Shown piece by piece: positions 60,808-64,000 of a stretch of 64,000 bases of DNA. The notes under the pieces were generated by a model. That model searched no databases, had not been told where the DNA came from, and was given only the letters and a program-made list of their open reading frames with translations. The position numbers and the translations under genes are program-made. This DNA is from Candidatus Dormiibacterota bacterium (GTDB taxonomy: Bacteria; Chloroflexota; Dormibacteria; Aeolococcales; Aeolococcaceae). Location of the stretch: positions 510-64,509 of the forward strand of contig CAWEEP010000042.1 in assembly GCA_963808125.1 (NCBI GenBank), written 5' to 3'. The stretch's first letter is position 1. Every line of letters starts with the position of its first letter.

Positions 60808-61836
60808 ATGCTGGCTGTGATCAAGGCGGCTCCGGGTCCCGGCTTCTCCCTCGTCGAGGTGCCCCAGCCCAGCGCCGGGCCGGGCGAGGTCCTACTCCGG
60901 GTCGTCGCCGCGTCCGTGTGCGGCACCGATGTCCACCTCTACGACTGGAACCCGTGGGCGCAGTCCAGGGTCCATCCCCCCCGGATCATCGGCCACGAAC
61001 TGTGCGGCGAGGTGGTCACCCTCGGTGCCGGCGTCGACGGCGGGATCGCCATCGGCGAGCGGGTCGCCGTCGAGTCCCACATCGTCTGCCGCCGCTGTCC
61101 GGCGTGCCGGCGCGGCGACTTCCACGTCTGCGCCGACACCCGCATCCTCGGTGTCGACACTGACGGCTGCTTCGCCGGCTGGGCAGTCGTCCCTGCCGCC
61201 AACATCTGGCCCGTCGGAGACGCCATCAGCCCGGCCGTGGCCGCGGCCATGGAGCCGTTCGGCAACGCCGTCCACGCCTGCTCCTACGGAGAGATGCGGG
61301 GCGCGACGGTGGCGGTCTTCGGATGCGGGCCCATCGGCTGCGCGGCGGTTGCCGTGGCCAAGGCCCGCGGCGCCTGGCGGGTGGTGGCCGTCGACCGCAA
61401 CCGGTACCGGCTCGGGCTGGCCGAGAAGATGGGGGCCGACGCGCTCGTCGAAGCCGGGGAGGGAAGCGCCGAGGCCGCCGTGAGGCGTGCCGCCGGCGGC
61501 AGGGTCGACTGCGCCCTGGAGATGAGCGGAGCGCCGGTGGCGGTGATCGCCGCCACCCGCGTGGTCCGTTCCGGCGGGTGGATCTCGCTGCTCGGCATCG
61601 GCGACGAACCCACCACCATCGACCTCTCCACCGACGTCGTCATGCGCAGCCTGACGCTGCACGGCGTGGTGGGCCGGCGGCTCTTCAGCACCTGGGAGCA
61701 GACTGCCGCCCACTTGCGGAGCGGTGCCATCGACGCCGCCCAGCTCATCACCCACCGGTTCCCGCTGGCCGACATCGAGGAGGCGATCAGGCTCGTCAAG
61801 TCGGGTCTCTGTGGCAAGGTGTCGCTGATCCCATGA
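60808..61836 (+). CDS. tdh: L-threonine 3-dehydrogenase
   Basis: SVCGTDVHLYDWNPWA, IGHE, ESHIVC..C..C, MEPFGNAVH, GCGPIG, ALEMSG. Confidence 0.92.
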   Translation: MLAVIKAAPGPGFSLVEVPQPSAGPGEVLLRVVAASVCGTDVHLYDWNPWAQSRVHPPRIIGHELCGEVVTLGAGVDGGIAIGERVAVESHIVCRRCPACRRGDFHVCADTRILGVDTDGCFAGWAVVPAANIWPVGDAISPAVAAAMEPFGNAVHACSYGEMRGATVAVFGCGPIGCAAVAVAKARGAWRVVAVDRNRYRLGLAEKMGADALVEAGEGSAEAAVRRAAGGRVDCALEMSGAPVAVIAATRVVRSGGWISLLGIGDEPTTIDLSTDVVMRSLTLHGVVGRRLFSTWEQTAAHLRSGAIDAAQLITHRFPLADIEEAIRLVKSGLCGKVSLIP

Positions 61837-63054
61837 GCGAGAGCACCCCGCGATCCGAGGCCGTCCTGGCGCTGGACCGATCGCTGAACGAGGATCTGGA
61901 CCGCCTCCGGGGCGAGGGTCTCTACCGGCCGCTCCGCGTGCTGGACTCTCCCCAGGGGCACCAGGTCGAGATCGGTGGCCGGTGGCTCGTCAACCTCTCC
62001 AGCAACGACTACCTCGGGCTCACCACCCACCCCCGTGTGGTGGAGGCGGCCGTCGAGGGGGCCCGGCACTGGGGCGCGGGCGCCGGGGCGGTCAGGACCA
62101 TCGCCGGGACCCAGGCCATCCACGAGCAGCTCGAGGCCGAGACTCGCCGCCTTCAAGCGGACCGAGGCCGCCCTGGTGTTCCAGAGTGGCTACACCGTCA
62201 ACGTCGGCGTCCTCAGCGCCATGCTCGAGGAGGGCGACGCCGTCATCAGCGACAGGCTCAACCACGCCTCGATCGTCGACGGCATCCGCCTCACCAAGGC
62301 GCAGCGCATCCTCTACGAGCACGCCGATCTCAACTCCGCCGAGCGCGCCCTGGCTGAGGCGAAGCACCACAGTTACCGCCGCACCCTGCTCGTCACCGAC
62401 GGGGTGTTCTCCATGGACGGCGATATCGCTCCCCTGCCCGGCCTCGTGGAGCGGGCCGAACGGTACGGCGCCGTCGTCATGGTCGACGACGCCCATGCCA
62501 CCGGTGTGCTGGGCGACCACGGACGTGGCACCACCGACCACTTCGGCTTGCATGGGCGCGTGGCTCTCAACATCGGCACCCTCTCCAAGGCCATCGGCGT
62601 GGTCGGCGGGTACGTCGCCGCCAGCCAGTCGGTCCGCGATCACCTGATCCACCGGGCGCGTCCTTTCCTCTTCTCCTCCAGCCACCCGGCCGCCGTGGTG
62701 CTCGCCTGCGTCGCCGCCATCGACGTGCTGGAAACGGAGCCGGAGCTGATGGCGCGGCTCTGGGAGAACACGGCCCATTTCAAGAAGGGGCTAACGGACC
62801 TGGGCTTCGACACGGGGTCGAGCCAGACCCCGATCACCCCCGTCATGTGTGGCGAGGCGCCCACGGCCATGAGGCTCTCCGACCTGCTGTTCGCCGCGGG
62901 CGTCTTCGCCCAGGGCATCGGTTTCCCCACCGTGCCCAGAGGCAGAGCTCGGGTGCGGACGATTGTCACGGCCACACACACCCGGGAGGAGCTCGACCGG
63001 GCCCTGGAGGCGTTTGCCGATGCCGGTCGCAGGCTCGGGCTGCTGCACCCGTAA
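61833..63054 (+). CDS. kbl: Glycine C-acetyltransferase (frameshift ~62140)
   Basis: NLSSNDYLGL, LNHASIVDG, DGVFSMDGD, DDAHA, GTLSKA. Adjacent to tdh. Confidence 0.9.
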
Positions 63055-63152
63055 CCCGCTCAGAACGTCCGCCTTCTGGTCGGTGACGACTCCTCGGGGG
63101 AGGGGCTGAGATCGCCCACCGCACCGACACCGAGCTCGAGGAGGAGCGGCAG

Positions 63153-63686
63153 TTGATCCTGGCCGCCCAGCGCGACCGAGCGGCGTTCGCGTCGCTCTAC
63201 GAACGCTACGTCGACCAGATCTTCGCCTACGCCTTCACCCTCACCAAGGACCGGGAGCTCGCCGAGGACGTGACCGCCGCCACTTTCGCCAAGGGACTTG
63301 AGGAGCTTCCGCGCTTCGAATGGCGCGGGGTGCCCTACTCGGCATGGCTCTACCGGGTCGCCTCCAACCTGGCGATCCGGCAGTCGCGGCGCTCCGGCTG
63401 GATCGAGTTGGGCCCGGCGGTCGCCAGCGACGACCCGTCGCCGCACGACGCCGTCGAGGCGAGGGATCGGGCGCAGGAGGTTCGTCTGGCGGTGAGCGCG
63501 CTGCCCGAGGACCAGCGGCAGGCGGTGGTGCTGCGCTTCGCCGGCGACATGCGCCATCGGGAGATCGCCGAGATCATGGGTCGCAGCGAGGGGGCGGTGA
63601 AGCTGCTCACCTTCCGGGCTCTGACCACGCTGCGCCGGCGGCTGGGCGCCCCGCTTCCCGCCGAACGGCTAGGAGGTCTGACGTGA
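63153..63686 (+). CDS. ECF RNA polymerase sigma factor
   Basis: AFASLYERY..LAEDVT..WLYRVASN..LPEDQRQAVVLRF..EIAEIMGRSEGAVK. Confidence 0.92.
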   Translation: MILAAQRDRAAFASLYERYVDQIFAYAFTLTKDRELAEDVTAATFAKGLEELPRFEWRGVPYSAWLYRVASNLAIRQSRRSGWIELGPAVASDDPSPHDAVEARDRAQEVRLAVSALPEDQRQAVVLRFAGDMRHREIAEIMGRSEGAVKLLTFRALTTLRRRLGAPLPAERLGGLT

Positions 63687-64000
63687 TCGAAGAGGCCGAA
63701 CGGTTCGAAGCCGCCCTCGACAGCCGCTGCGCGGGCGCCGGCGGCGATTCGCTGTCCCCGTCGATGCGGGCCTTGGTCGACCTCGCCGTGGAGATCGCCG
63801 CCGCCTATTCGGGATGGGGGCTCGGCCGCGCCGACCGCGACCGGATCTACGCGGAGACGCTTCGCCTCTCGGCGGGGGCGGACCGGCGTCGGTGGGCTCA
63901 CCTGGCCGGGAGTCGCGGCCTGGTCATCGGCGGCACCGCCGCTCTGGCGGCGACGGCGGCGGCGGCGATCGGTGTCGGCGTGCTCCTCGAGCGTCGCGGT
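63683..64000 (+). CDS. Putative anti-sigma factor, runs off the window end
   Basis: GTG overlaps the sigma stop, with AGGAGG upstream and a hydrophobic segment near the window end. Confidence 0.5.
   Translation, partial: MIEEAERFEAALDSRCAGAGGDSLSPSMRALVDLAVEIAAAYSGWGLGRADRDRIYAETLRLSAGADRRRWAHLAGSRGLVIGGTAALAATAAAAIGVGVLLERRG

Noticed and set aside
1-64000. CRISPR array, rRNA or tRNA genes
   Set aside because: No regularly spaced repeats or recognisable structural RNA sequences were seen by eye. A covariance-model scan was not run.

Overview
The window is not one continuous genome. It reads as a mosaic of at least six pieces, and single-base frameshifts throughout suggest uncorrected long-read errors. 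(A) 1-~13200 is AT-rich and archaeal (Bathyarchaeia-like by inference): tandem arsC, a degenerate Fic, HtrA, NfeD/SPFH, a MesC-like methionine synthase, HIT, an ECF S-component/pantoate kinase/PPAT operon, and an alpha-ribazole-kinase (CblS)-like gene whose N-terminal ribbon-helix-helix domain is hidden by a frameshift. (B-D) ~13230-16090 holds three short bacterial fragments with truncated genes: GH2, an unknown protein, and MMPL/HpnN plus YebC. (E) ~16090-19290 is high-GC and carries a transglutaminase and an MBL hydrolase. (F) ~19290-64000 is from a high-GC, apparently monoderm bacterium (Dormibacterota/Chloroflexota-like by inference). It carries yhhQ-queF, a TA pair and Fic, then a ~14 kb locus made of an atypical signalling triad, a Tad-like operon with no Flp pilin, a sortase, and a convergent VirB2-like pilin/VirB6-like/M23/SSB operon with no VirB4, coupling protein or relaxase. 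After that come cbpA, a single-chain lipoyl-E2-E1 2-oxoglutarate dehydrogenase with lpdA, a kdp locus with a split and internally duplicated KdpD, a NarL-type two-component system, tdh-kbl and an ECF sigma factor. The best novelty candidates are the Tad/VirB2-VirB6/SSB hybrid locus and the RHH-CblS fusion regulator. No rRNA, tRNA or CRISPR array was seen. All family assignments come from motif recognition by eye, not from database searches.
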